A DNA stretch of 32,000 nt. Origin: Candidatus Iainarchaeum sp. Lineage in GTDB: Archaea; Iainarchaeota; Iainarchaeia; Iainarchaeales; JAZDEL01. The notes beneath the pieces were generated by a model. It was not told the origin of the DNA. It saw only the letters and a program-made list of their open reading frames with translations, and searched no databases. This document shows, one piece after another, positions 8,335-16,182 of the stretch; position 1 is the stretch's first letter, and each line of letters begins with the position of its first letter. A program made the position numbers and the translations under genes. The DNA lies in contig JAZDEL010000010.1 in assembly GCA_043808785.1 (NCBI GenBank), positions 120,001-152,000 of the forward strand. The letters are read 5' to 3'.

Positions 8335-8355
8335 GGTATTCGGCTGGCGGGATAT

Positions 8356-11300
8356 CTAGGGCTCTTCAATCTTGGCATTACCTTTCCCCGCAGCCTCCCC
8401 GTTCTCCCTTGCGGCAACCCTCATCAGCCCTTCGGTTTCCCCCTGCCTTAACCTTAACCCGACAACGGAGCTCTTCTGCTTGTTTAATGTAACTCCCACC
8501 AACTGGTCCGCCTCCGAAATTATCGTGTCGTTGTGCGTGATGCTTATGAACTGCGAGCGCCTGCTCATCTGCCCTATCATCCTGCCGAGTTTCAGCGAGT
8601 TGTCCTTGTCGAGCGCTGCATCAACCTCGTCAAATATGTAGAATGGCGCCGTCTCAAACGACTGTATCGCAAACAAAAACGCAAGCGCTGCAAGGCTTTT
8701 CTCCCCCCCGCTCATTGCATCTATGCTCTTCAGTTTCTCCCCCTTGTATTTTGCCTCTATTGTAAGCCCCCCTTCAAGAGGGTTCACGCTGTCCGTAAGC
8801 CCCAATCTCCCTTCCCCCTCGAAGAAAAGGCTGTAAAGTTCCATGAACTTGTTGTTTATCCTTGCGAAGCAGTCCGTGAAAACCTGGTTCTTTTTCACGT
8901 CTATTTTGTCTATCATTTCAACAACAGCAAGCCTTTCCTCGTCCAGCTTTTTCGCCCTCTCCCTGAGGTCGACAACCTCGTTCCTGTACGAATCGAAGTT
9001 TTCAGTTGCCTTCATGTTTATCGCGCCGAGCGCCTTTATTTCCCGCTCTATAGAGGGTATGCGCTCCCTTAATTTCGGCACGCTGAACTCCTTCAGCAGC
9101 TTCTCCCCCTTGTGCTGTTCGAACTCCAATTCCATGTCCGCAATCCTCACATCATTTTTGGATTGTGAAAGGTTCAGTTCATTTATCTCCCTGCCGAGCC
9201 TTTCCGCCTTTGCCTCGGCCTCGTCCCTCTTCAGGCCGATGTTTGAAATCCTGTTCGTTATCCTGCCCTTCTCCTCCTCGAACATCCTTGTCTCTTTCCT
9301 CGCTTTCTCAAGTTCCGCATCCTTCTTTGCAAGTTCCTCCTCGAGTTTCTTGAGTCCGTGCCTCTGCGCATCCGCAAACGCGGAGCCCTTGCTGTTCAGT
9401 TCCCCGGCTTTTTCCATCTCCGCCTCGGTTTCCGCCTTCGAGGCTGCCGCAGACTCCAGCCACGCCTCCAGTTTTGCCGCCTTGTTCTGCAGTTCGGATT
9501 TTTGCGCGTTCGCGCTTTCAATCCTCCCTATAAGCCCCGACATTTCCGTGTTTTCCTCGCTCTTCCTGAACGCCTCCACCTTTTTCGCGAGCGCGGACAT
9601 GGTTGCCTCCGCCGCAACAACGGATTTCTCCGCAGCGCCCTTCTCCGCAAGCGCGGCATTAACCCCCGCCTGCAGAGCCTTCAGGTCAATTCCCGCAGCA
9701 GCCCTCTCAACATCCCTGAGCGCGTTCCTCGAGCGCTCCAATCCCGCGGCTTCAGCAACCGCGGCCCTTTCCTCGTGCAGGAGTTCCTCCAGTTTTTCGC
9801 GCTCCTTTGAGAGTTTTTCGCGCTCTGCCGCTCTCGCCTCCGCTTCCGCGCCAACTTTTGTCAGCAGCGCCGCCTTCTTCTTCGAAATCGCCTCCTTAAG
9901 TTTCTCGCCCAGTTCCCTGTCGCACACGGGGCAGTTCTTCTGCGCGATTTTCAGTTCCCTTATCTCGTCCTCGAGCACCCTTTTGGCGTTCTTTGCCCCG
10001 TGCAATGCATCAATTGCGGCTTCAAGCGCCTTGTGATTGTCCCTTGCCTTGCCCTCAATTTTCATTTCCCGAAGTTCGGCAATCCTTTTCTCAGTGCGCT
10101 CCAGCTTTTTCACGTCCGCGGAAAGCGCATCTTCCCGCTTTTTCAGTTCCGCAAGCCTTGATTTCGCGGTTTCAAGCGCGTGCCTCATCTTGCCAACTTC
10201 GGCATCAAGCCTGTAAATCTCGCCCTTAATTTTCCCCGCCCTCTCCCTCGCCTCCTCCAGCGCCTTCTCGTCCTCCGCCGCTTTTGCGCCCGCAGCGGAA
10301 ACCTTCCCGGATTTCTTCCCGATTATCCTGTTCAGTTCCGCAAGCTGCGCATCCATCTCCTTTAATTTGTCCCTTGCGCCCCTGAGCGCCTCCTCCTTTT
10401 CCCTTGTGCCGTCAATAAGCCCCTTCCTTTTCTCCTTCAATGCCTCAATCCTTGCGCGGTTCCTCGCAATCTCCTCCTCCTTTGCCGAAATCCTCTCCCT
10501 TGCAAGCCTGACCTCGGAGCGCTTTTCCTCCACGCCCTTCCCTATCTCCTCATAGGTTTTCTCGTTCGCCCTGAGAATGTTCTTTATTGTTTCATCAAGC
10601 TTCTTTTCAAGTTCCGCAACCTCCGCGCCCAAACCCGCCTTCTCCTTCCTTGCCCCTTCAAGTTCCGCAGCAAGCGCATCGCCCTTCTTTTTCGCGGATG
10701 CGAGTTCCGCGCGCACGCGAATTATTTCCGCATTCAGCAGCGTGGCCTTGCTCCTCCTCAGTTCCTCGTTCAGCGTGTTGTATTTCAGCACGGCCTCGCG
10801 CTCCTTCTCAAGTTCGGCAAGGTATTGCTCCCTTTCCCCGAGCACAATCATCGCGTCTTTAACCCGCCTGTCCACAGCCTCCAGCTTTTTGAGCGCCTCC
10901 TCCTTCTTTCCCTCGAATTCCGAAAGCCCCGCCATATCATCGATTATTTTCCTGCGCTCCTTTGCGCTCATCTCTATTACCCTTGTGATATCCCCCTGCA
11001 CAACGATGTTCTGCCCCGTGGCCTTTATCCCGAGTTCAAGAAGCAGGGTTGTTACCTCATTCAGGCTGCGCTTCTTGCCGTCGAGCAGCATCACGGAGCG
11101 GCCTTCCTTGTCTATCTTCCTTGAAATGACATACGTCTTTTCCCCGCCCTGCAGTTCCAGCTCGACCTTCGCATACGGCTCATCGGCATCGTGGTTCACG
11201 AGGTCAGTGAGCTTTGAAGCGCGCAGCATTTTAAGCGAGGTTATGCCGAACGCGAAAAGTATCGCATCAACCAGGTTGGATTTTCCCGAGGCATTGGAGC

Positions 11301-11391
11301 CCGCTATGGCGGTGAAGCCCGAATGGAAGGGTATGTTCGCCTTCCTGAAGGACTTGAAGTTCTTCAGCCTCAGCCTGCCTATCCTTATCAA
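8356..11391 (-). CDS. SMC-superfamily ATPase: SMC-type head domains, long coiled coil, CPVC zinc-hook-like apex, no recognisable hinge
   Basis: N-head: FTAIAGSNASGKSNLVDAILFAFG...LRASKLTDLV...QGDITRVIEMSAKERRKIIDDMAGL. C-head: MSGGEKSLAALAFLFAIQ, FYIFDEVDAALD, QFISITHN. The E/K/A/R-rich coiled coil has CPVC at 9922-9933, close to the midpoint. The apparent start is a TTG at 11389-11391, with no in-frame ATG before the upstream stop. Confidence 0.85.
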   Translation of the reverse strand: MIRIGRLRLKNFKSFRKANIPFHSGFTAIAGSNASGKSNLVDAILFAFGITSLKMLRASKLTDLVNHDADEPYAKVELELQGGEKTYVISRKIDKEGRSVMLLDGKKRSLNEVTTLLLELGIKATGQNIVVQGDITRVIEMSAKERRKIIDDMAGLSEFEGKKEEALKKLEAVDRRVKDAMIVLGEREQYLAELEKEREAVLKYNTLNEELRRSKATLLNAEIIRVRAELASAKKKGDALAAELEGARKEKAGLGAEVAELEKKLDETIKNILRANEKTYEEIGKGVEEKRSEVRLARERISAKEEEIARNRARIEALKEKRKGLIDGTREKEEALRGARDKLKEMDAQLAELNRIIGKKSGKVSAAGAKAAEDEKALEEARERAGKIKGEIYRLDAEVGKMRHALETAKSRLAELKKREDALSADVKKLERTEKRIAELREMKIEGKARDNHKALEAAIDALHGAKNAKRVLEDEIRELKIAQKNCPVCDRELGEKLKEAISKKKAALLTKVGAEAEARAAEREKLSKEREKLEELLHEERAAVAEAAGLERSRNALRDVERAAAGIDLKALQAGVNAALAEKGAAEKSVVAAEATMSALAKKVEAFRKSEENTEMSGLIGRIESANAQKSELQNKAAKLEAWLESAAASKAETEAEMEKAGELNSKGSAFADAQRHGLKKLEEELAKKDAELEKARKETRMFEEEKGRITNRISNIGLKRDEAEAKAERLGREINELNLSQSKNDVRIADMELEFEQHKGEKLLKEFSVPKLRERIPSIEREIKALGAINMKATENFDSYRNEVVDLRERAKKLDEERLAVVEMIDKIDVKKNQVFTDCFARINNKFMELYSLFFEGEGRLGLTDSVNPLEGGLTIEAKYKGEKLKSIDAMSGGEKSLAALAFLFAIQSFETAPFYIFDEVDAALDKDNSLKLGRMIGQMSRRSQFISITHNDTIISEADQLVGVTLNKQKSSVVGLRLRQGETEGLMRVAARENGEAAGKGNAKIEEP

Positions 11392-11555
11392 AAAGAGCCC
11401 CCCGCACCCGATGGTTCCCCCGCCCTAAATGCCCTTATCAAAAAAATCCCCCGCAATCATAAACAACCGTGGATAGGTTTTTAAGGGTTTTAAGGGTGAA
11501 GGCGGCGTGCGTTTTTAGGGTTTTTAAGCGTGCGGGCGTTTCTGCTGCGGGCTGT

Positions 11556-12365
11556 TCACTTCCTCTTCCTTTTCTTTGCAAGGGTTCCTAGGTAATACGA
11601 TGCAAGGGCGATGCTGAAATATGCGCCGCCGATGATTGAGAACAGGGCAAGAACCGCCACTTCGGCAATTTCATTTCCTGCGGCAAGTGCGGATGCAGCG
11701 TCCCCGGCAACGCTTATTATGCCGTTGAACAAAAGCAGCAGCACAAGGAAGAGCAGGATGCCGGGCAGTTTCCCCGCGCTCCACCTCCATGTTTGCTGCA
11801 TGCCCTTCTTCGGCTTCAGGCCGTGCGCTGCCATTGCCGCGGGCACGAACAGGAGCTTGACGGAAACATACGCCGCAAGAACCGTCAGCAGCAGCGTAAG
11901 CACAAGCCCTATAAGTTCAAGCCCCGCCACGGTTGAAATCCAGAGCAGGAACATCCCCGCAAGCACGAACGCGAGGAAAAGCACCGTTACAAAAACCGAG
12001 AGCCATAGGATGCTGCCCAGGCGCGAGGTTGCGTAAGCAACCCCCTCACCCAAACTTTCCTTCCTTGTTTTTTTCATCCCTGTGTACGCAAACACCAGCC
12101 ACGCCCATAACGCATACTGCAGCACAATCACAATTCCGGTAACCAGAAGTTCCTTCCAGTAAATTGCGAAGAGCATGTAAGGCAACTCAATGAATGAACC
12201 TTCCGGCATTACCCCCGCCATGAACGTGTTCCAGAAAAAGCCCATTATGAAATCCATTGCAAGGAAAGCAAGCACGAGGTTTATTGCCGTAACCACGGCG
12301 GCGGGAATAAGCACTGCGGGCTTCCTCACAATCTCCCAAGCGGAGCCGAAAAGCGCGTTGAACAT
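11556..12365 (-). CDS. Polytopic membrane protein, function unknown
   Basis: About 6 predicted hydrophobic helices and a basic tail KKRKRK. The start is moved to the internal ATG at 12363-12365 (MFNALFGSAWEIV...), because the track N-extension runs across the divergent L44e promoter and start. Confidence 0.65.
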   Translation of the reverse strand: MFNALFGSAWEIVRKPAVLIPAAVVTAINLVLAFLAMDFIMGFFWNTFMAGVMPEGSFIELPYMLFAIYWKELLVTGIVIVLQYALWAWLVFAYTGMKKTRKESLGEGVAYATSRLGSILWLSVFVTVLFLAFVLAGMFLLWISTVAGLELIGLVLTLLLTVLAAYVSVKLLFVPAAMAAHGLKPKKGMQQTWRWSAGKLPGILLFLVLLLLFNGIISVAGDAASALAAGNEIAEVAVLALFSIIGGAYFSIALASYYLGTLAKKRKRK

Positions 12366-12420
12366 GCTAATTAGAACGGTTTTGTTGTTTTTATTACTTT
12401 CGGGGCGCGGATGTGGAAAC

Positions 12421-12430
12421 CTATATAAAC
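12421..12430 (+). promoter_or_regulatory. TATA box for rpl44e
   Basis: CTATATAAAC lies about 35-40 nt upstream of the ATG at 12465. Confidence 0.4.
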
Positions 12431-12464
12431 CCTTCATGGGAAGATTCCTTGTCAAGGCGATTAA

Positions 12465-12755
12465 ATGAACCTCCCTAAGGTTATCAAGGATTACTGCCCG
12501 AAGTGCGACAAGCACACCGAGCACAAATTAAAGCAGTTCAAGCCTGGCTCCCCCCGCACAATGGCGTGGGGCACAAGGCAGAACAAAAGGAAGCACAAGC
12601 AGGGCTACGGGGGCAAGGCCGAATTCACGGCAACCGTGAAGAAGCAGAACAAGAAGCCCGTATTCCTCGCGGAATGCGCAGTTTGCGGAAGGAAGCACTA
12701 TTTCGTTATCCCGAAAAGGATGAAGAAAGCCGAACTGATTGCGAAGACGGGTTAG
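12465..12755 (+). CDS. rpl44e: 50S ribosomal protein L44e
   Basis: MNLPKVIKDYCPKCDKHTEHKLKQFK...GYGGKAEF...ECAVCGRKH: 96 aa with two CxxC pairs and the GYGG motif typical of L44e/L36a. Confidence 0.9.
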   Translation: MNLPKVIKDYCPKCDKHTEHKLKQFKPGSPRTMAWGTRQNKRKHKQGYGGKAEFTATVKKQNKKPVFLAECAVCGRKHYFVIPKRMKKAELIAKTG

Positions 12756-12780
12756 TGCCTGAATATGTTTGTGGTTTGAT

Positions 12781-13155
12781 ATGGCGAAAAGACCTGTGCG
12801 GGGCAAGGAACCGCCTAAAAGAAACAAGCGCAATGCAGCATCCGGATGCCCCGACCCCGACTGCCGGTTGCTGGAGGACATGGGATTCCTGAAAAAAAGG
12901 CTGGCTCGAATAGGAACGCCTGCAATGTTCAAAAAGTTTGTCGAGCTGGCCAAAACCAGGAATCTTCCCCATGATTCTATTAAGCTGTGTAAGTCCTGCG
13001 GCTTTACGCCGGAGCAGGCGCTTACTGTTGAATGCCATAGGTTAAACTCTTATGGCAGCAACTGGAGCGAAGAATCAACAGTGAGATTTGCAAAAGCCAA
13101 AGTTGCAGAGGTTTACCTGCCAAAACCAAAAAAACAAAACCAAAACCGCGGTTAG
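12781..13155 (+). CDS. Hypothetical basic protein with Cys pairs
   Basis: The ATG at 12781 gives MAKRPVRGKEPPKRNKRN...CPDPDC...CKSCG...PKPKKQNQNRG. No family recognised. Its C-terminal tail is encoded by the A/C-rich arm of the downstream palindromic element. Confidence 0.5.
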   Translation: MAKRPVRGKEPPKRNKRNAASGCPDPDCRLLEDMGFLKKRLARIGTPAMFKKFVELAKTRNLPHDSIKLCKSCGFTPEQALTVECHRLNSYGSNWSEESTVRFAKAKVAEVYLPKPKKQNQNRG

Positions 13156-13184
13156 CGAACCGCGCGGTTCGTTTTTTGGTTTTT
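13144..13184. terminator. Bidirectional hairpin plus T-run terminator between convergent genes
   Basis: Palindromes AACCGCGGTT (13144-13153) and GAACCGCGCGGTTC (13157-13170). They are flanked by an A/C-run on the left and GTTTTTTGGTTTTT on the right, so each strand reads hairpin then T-run. Confidence 0.55.
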
Positions 13185-13186
13185 AT

Positions 13187-13756
13187 TTATCTCTTAAATT
13201 TCTTCAGCAGTTCTTTCGTCAGTTTCACCCTGTCATCGCACGCTTCATAAAGGCTGTCATGGACGTATGTTTCGGGGTCATAATAAAGCGTAACCAAAAC
13301 TCCAGCCTGCTTTGCGAACAATATCGCGGGCAGGAAATCGCTGTCACCCGCAACCAAAACCGCCTTGTGTATTTTGTTTCCCGCGGACAGGCTTGTCATG
13401 TCAATCCCAAGCGCCATGTCTATTCCTTTCTGCCTCAGTTCGGGGTAGCCGTCCGCTTTCCTCCGTATTCGCCCTCCTTCCTCCCGCACTATCTGCAATC
13501 TCCCCGTCCTGAATTCGAACCTCGGCAGCCTTGTTAGGTTATATTTGAAGGAATCGAATGCCGCCTTCCTTTCCGATTCCTCCTTTGCAGGCGGGAACGA
13601 CTGGTATGGCTGGCAGTCATAAACATATGTCCTAAATCGGTTTTCCTCACTGCCGGCTATTTCCGAGGAGAACGTGAGGTAATTCACGCGCACCTGCAGC
13701 CTGTCCTGAATTTTCTTCAGGTAGCCGTTGTCTATGAATACCGCAACCTTGTCCAA
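13187..13756 (-). CDS. NYN domain (LabA/DUF88-like, PIN-like fold) protein, putative ribonuclease
   Basis: VAVFIDNGYL at the N-terminus, KGIDMALGIDM, and VLVAGDSDFLPAILFAKQAGVLV. This is the typical order of NYN/LabA acidic motifs. Confidence 0.8.
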   Translation of the reverse strand: MDKVAVFIDNGYLKKIQDRLQVRVNYLTFSSEIAGSEENRFRTYVYDCQPYQSFPPAKEESERKAAFDSFKYNLTRLPRFEFRTGRLQIVREEGGRIRRKADGYPELRQKGIDMALGIDMTSLSAGNKIHKAVLVAGDSDFLPAILFAKQAGVLVTLYYDPETYVHDSLYEACDDRVKLTKELLKKFKR

Positions 13757-13906
13757 GAACCCAGCCCCTAAATTGGACTAAAAAGGCAGAAGCAGAATAA
13801 TTTACCATCGTCCCTCAAGAACGATGGCGGGTATAATTGACATATTTATGCCACTAACAAATATTTAAGGCTAACTATTCTTCCCAAACCGCGCTTTTTC
13901 AGCGGT

Positions 13907-15265
13907 TCAGCGCGCTTTCCCCAGCCCGTGCTTCTCCAAAAATTCATCCAGCGCCTTTTCAAGCGTGAGTTCCCCGATTTCCTCGAGTTCGTAGTTCGCG
14001 CGCACGAGGGGCTTCTTCGCCTTCAGCACGCGCGAAAGGTCGATAGGTGTTCCCGAAACCACAACATCCGCATTGCTCGCGTTTATTGTTTCCTCGAGTT
14101 CCTTAATCTGCTGTGCGCTGTAGCCCATTGCAGGCAGGATTTCCTTGCGCGGGAACTTTTTGAGGGTTTCCTTTATGGAACCTACGGCAAACGGCGTTGC
14201 ATCAATCAATTCCGCTGCGCCCGCATCCTTCGCGGCAAAATACCCCGCCCCGTGCTCGAGTTCGCCGTGGGTTAATGTGGGCCCATCTTCAACAACAAGC
14301 ACGCGCTTGCCCTTAACCAATTCGGGTTTGTCGAGCGTGATTGTAGAGTTTGCCATTATTATTTTCGCGTTCGGGTTTATTGCGCGGATGTTGCGTTCTA
14401 CTGTTGCGACCCCTTCTTTCGGCGCTGTGTTCACCTTGTTGATTATAACAACATCCGCAATCCGCGCGTTCACCTCCCCCGGGAAGTAAGCCAACTCATG
14501 CCCTGCGCGGAAAGGGTCAGCCACGGTTATGTATAAGTCAGGCTTGCCTTTTCCCTGCGGCCTGTAATATGAAAGGTCGTTGTTCCCGCCGTCCCAGAGA
14601 ATTACATCCGCTTCTTTTTCCGCGTGTTCAAGGATTTCGGCGTAATCAACCCCCGAAAAAATCACAAGCCCGCGCTCTATGTAGGGTTCATATTCTTCGC
14701 GCTCTTCAATCGTGCAATCATATTTCTCAAGGTCGGAATATTTTTCATAGCGCTCCCACCTTTTTTTCACGAGGTCTGCGTAAGGCATTGGGTGTCGAAT
14801 GGCAACACAACGAACGCCGCGCTTCTTCAGCAGTTCAACAATTTTTCTGCTCGTCTGGCTTTTGCCCGAACCAGTGCGCACAGCGCACACGGCAATTACC
14901 GGCTTGCTTGACTCCAGCATGGAGTGCTTCGGCCCTATTAACCTGAAATCCGCGCCGCAGGACATGCACTCCGCGGAGTTATGCATAACCTCGGCATATG
15001 TAACATCGCTGTATGCATGAACACATTCGTCAGCCCCGTGCTTCTTGATAAGTTCCTGCAGTTCCGCCCTTGCGCGGATTGGGATTCCTTTCGGGTAAAG
15101 TTTTCCCGCCAACTGCGGCGGGTAAACCCTGCCTTCAATCCCCGGAATCTGCTGCGCAGTAAAAGCAACAACCTCGTAATTTTCATTATCGCGGAAAACT
15201 GTGTTGAAGTAGTGGAAGTCCGTGCCTGCCGCGCCGATTATTATTACTTTTTTTCTCGCATTCAT
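13907..15265 (-). CDS. COG2403-family GTPase-like protein / cyclic 2,3-diphosphoglycerate synthetase-like
   Basis: KVIIIGAAGTDFHYFN, FTAQQIPGIEGRVYPPQLAGKLYPKGIPI, AVRTGSGKSQTS, RHPMPYADL, CTIEEREEYEPYI, ILWDGGNND, VVEDGPTLTHGE, LPAMGYSAQQIKELE. Start set at the ATG at 15263-15265 (the track start is a TTG two codons upstream). Confidence 0.8.
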   Translation of the reverse strand: MNARKKVIIIGAAGTDFHYFNTVFRDNENYEVVAFTAQQIPGIEGRVYPPQLAGKLYPKGIPIRARAELQELIKKHGADECVHAYSDVTYAEVMHNSAECMSCGADFRLIGPKHSMLESSKPVIAVCAVRTGSGKSQTSRKIVELLKKRGVRCVAIRHPMPYADLVKKRWERYEKYSDLEKYDCTIEEREEYEPYIERGLVIFSGVDYAEILEHAEKEADVILWDGGNNDLSYYRPQGKGKPDLYITVADPFRAGHELAYFPGEVNARIADVVIINKVNTAPKEGVATVERNIRAINPNAKIIMANSTITLDKPELVKGKRVLVVEDGPTLTHGELEHGAGYFAAKDAGAAELIDATPFAVGSIKETLKKFPRKEILPAMGYSAQQIKELEETINASNADVVVSGTPIDLSRVLKAKKPLVRANYELEEIGELTLEKALDEFLEKHGLGKAR

Positions 15266-15267
15266 TT

Positions 15268-16182
15268 TCAAGCCTCCATTTGCCTTGGTTTGTAGAATTT
15301 AAAATAAGCAATAAGCATCAGCGCAAGCAGCACAGCTGCTCCGCCAAAAACCAGAAGCCAGTCAATGCCCGCAGGTTCGGCTACGGGCTCGCCCAGCGCT
15401 GGCTGTGCAGCAGCCCCTGCGAATGGGCAATCCTGCGGGCAGTTCTGCGCATTTTCCCCAACATCGCAAACATGGTTGCCGTTGCACCTTGAGACTGAGG
15501 GAATTTCGGCGTGCTTTTCGATTACTGCGAACTGCGCGGTTTTCCGCATCGTTTTGTAGCCCTCCTTTTTTGCTGTTGCCCTTAATTCATAGCTGCCCGG
15601 CCCCAGTTCATCTGCAGCAATTGAACCAGGCAGGCCTATCGTTTTTGTTGTTCCGTCCGGCAAAACAAGTTCGGCACTTACTGCAGGCTCTGCGGTTTCA
15701 GATTCAAAACCGAAATAGATCGTTTCACTTGGCGTGAAAAAGCCTGATTTGCCGTTGCAGCCCTGGTCTGCGCAAGAGAAGATTTCAAACCTGAAACTTG
15801 GGTTGGTTTCAATCCTGAATTTCTTTTCCCCCCTTGCCTGTTCGGGGCTCTTAACGTCCACAGAGGCCGTGCATTCCTGGGGCTCTAGGGAACCGTCCAC
15901 CTCAATGCCTGAATAGGTGCCTGAATATGCCTTCCCCGCGATTAAGGCTGCAGTTTCCTCATTCAGGGGGGCATTCGGGGCGTTCGGGCACTCGACATGC
16001 GGGACAAAAACAATCCCTGTTCCGTAGTCCGAGGAAATTGAATAATCAAAGGAGATTTTCTCGCCGCTGGAGAACGAATCCGCGACATTAATCGCCACAT
16101 CTATCCCTGCACTTGCTGATGGCACAAATAAAAGCGCCGCGAGCAAAGCAAAAATGCCCTTTGCCAGTTTGCTGTGTTTCAT
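15268..16182 (-). CDS. Cassette 2, gene 3: paralogue of 3900..4796 (anchored Ig-like protein)
   Basis: Collinear with the cassette 1 protein: same signal peptide, same CNGNHVCDVGENAQNCPQDCP module and a TM tail. The extreme C-terminus differs (FYKPRQMEA). The stop lies 2 nt before the downstream COG2403 gene start. Confidence 0.8.
   Translation of the reverse strand: MKHSKLAKGIFALLAALLFVPSASAGIDVAINVADSFSSGEKISFDYSISSDYGTGIVFVPHVECPNAPNAPLNEETAALIAGKAYSGTYSGIEVDGSLEPQECTASVDVKSPEQARGEKKFRIETNPSFRFEIFSCADQGCNGKSGFFTPSETIYFGFESETAEPAVSAELVLPDGTTKTIGLPGSIAADELGPGSYELRATAKKEGYKTMRKTAQFAVIEKHAEIPSVSRCNGNHVCDVGENAQNCPQDCPFAGAAAQPALGEPVAEPAGIDWLLVFGGAAVLLALMLIAYFKFYKPRQMEA

Noticed and set aside
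8843-10036. 397-aa Ser/Phe/Ala-rich plus-strand ORF. The ORF at 10577..11428 is similar.
   Set aside because: It is the antisense shadow of the E/K/A/R-rich coiled coil of the SMC-like gene. It has extreme low complexity and no start context.
8356-11391. Calling this gene Rad50
   Set aside because: The CPVC hook suggested Rad50. However, both head domains carry SMC-type motifs and there is no adjacent Mre11. It is kept as an SMC-like protein with a hook and flagged as a finding instead.
12503-12953. Overlapping ORFs 12503..12892 (+) and 12528..12953 (-)
   Set aside because: These are alternative frames over L44e and the following gene. The L44e frame is unambiguous, and the others lack start context.
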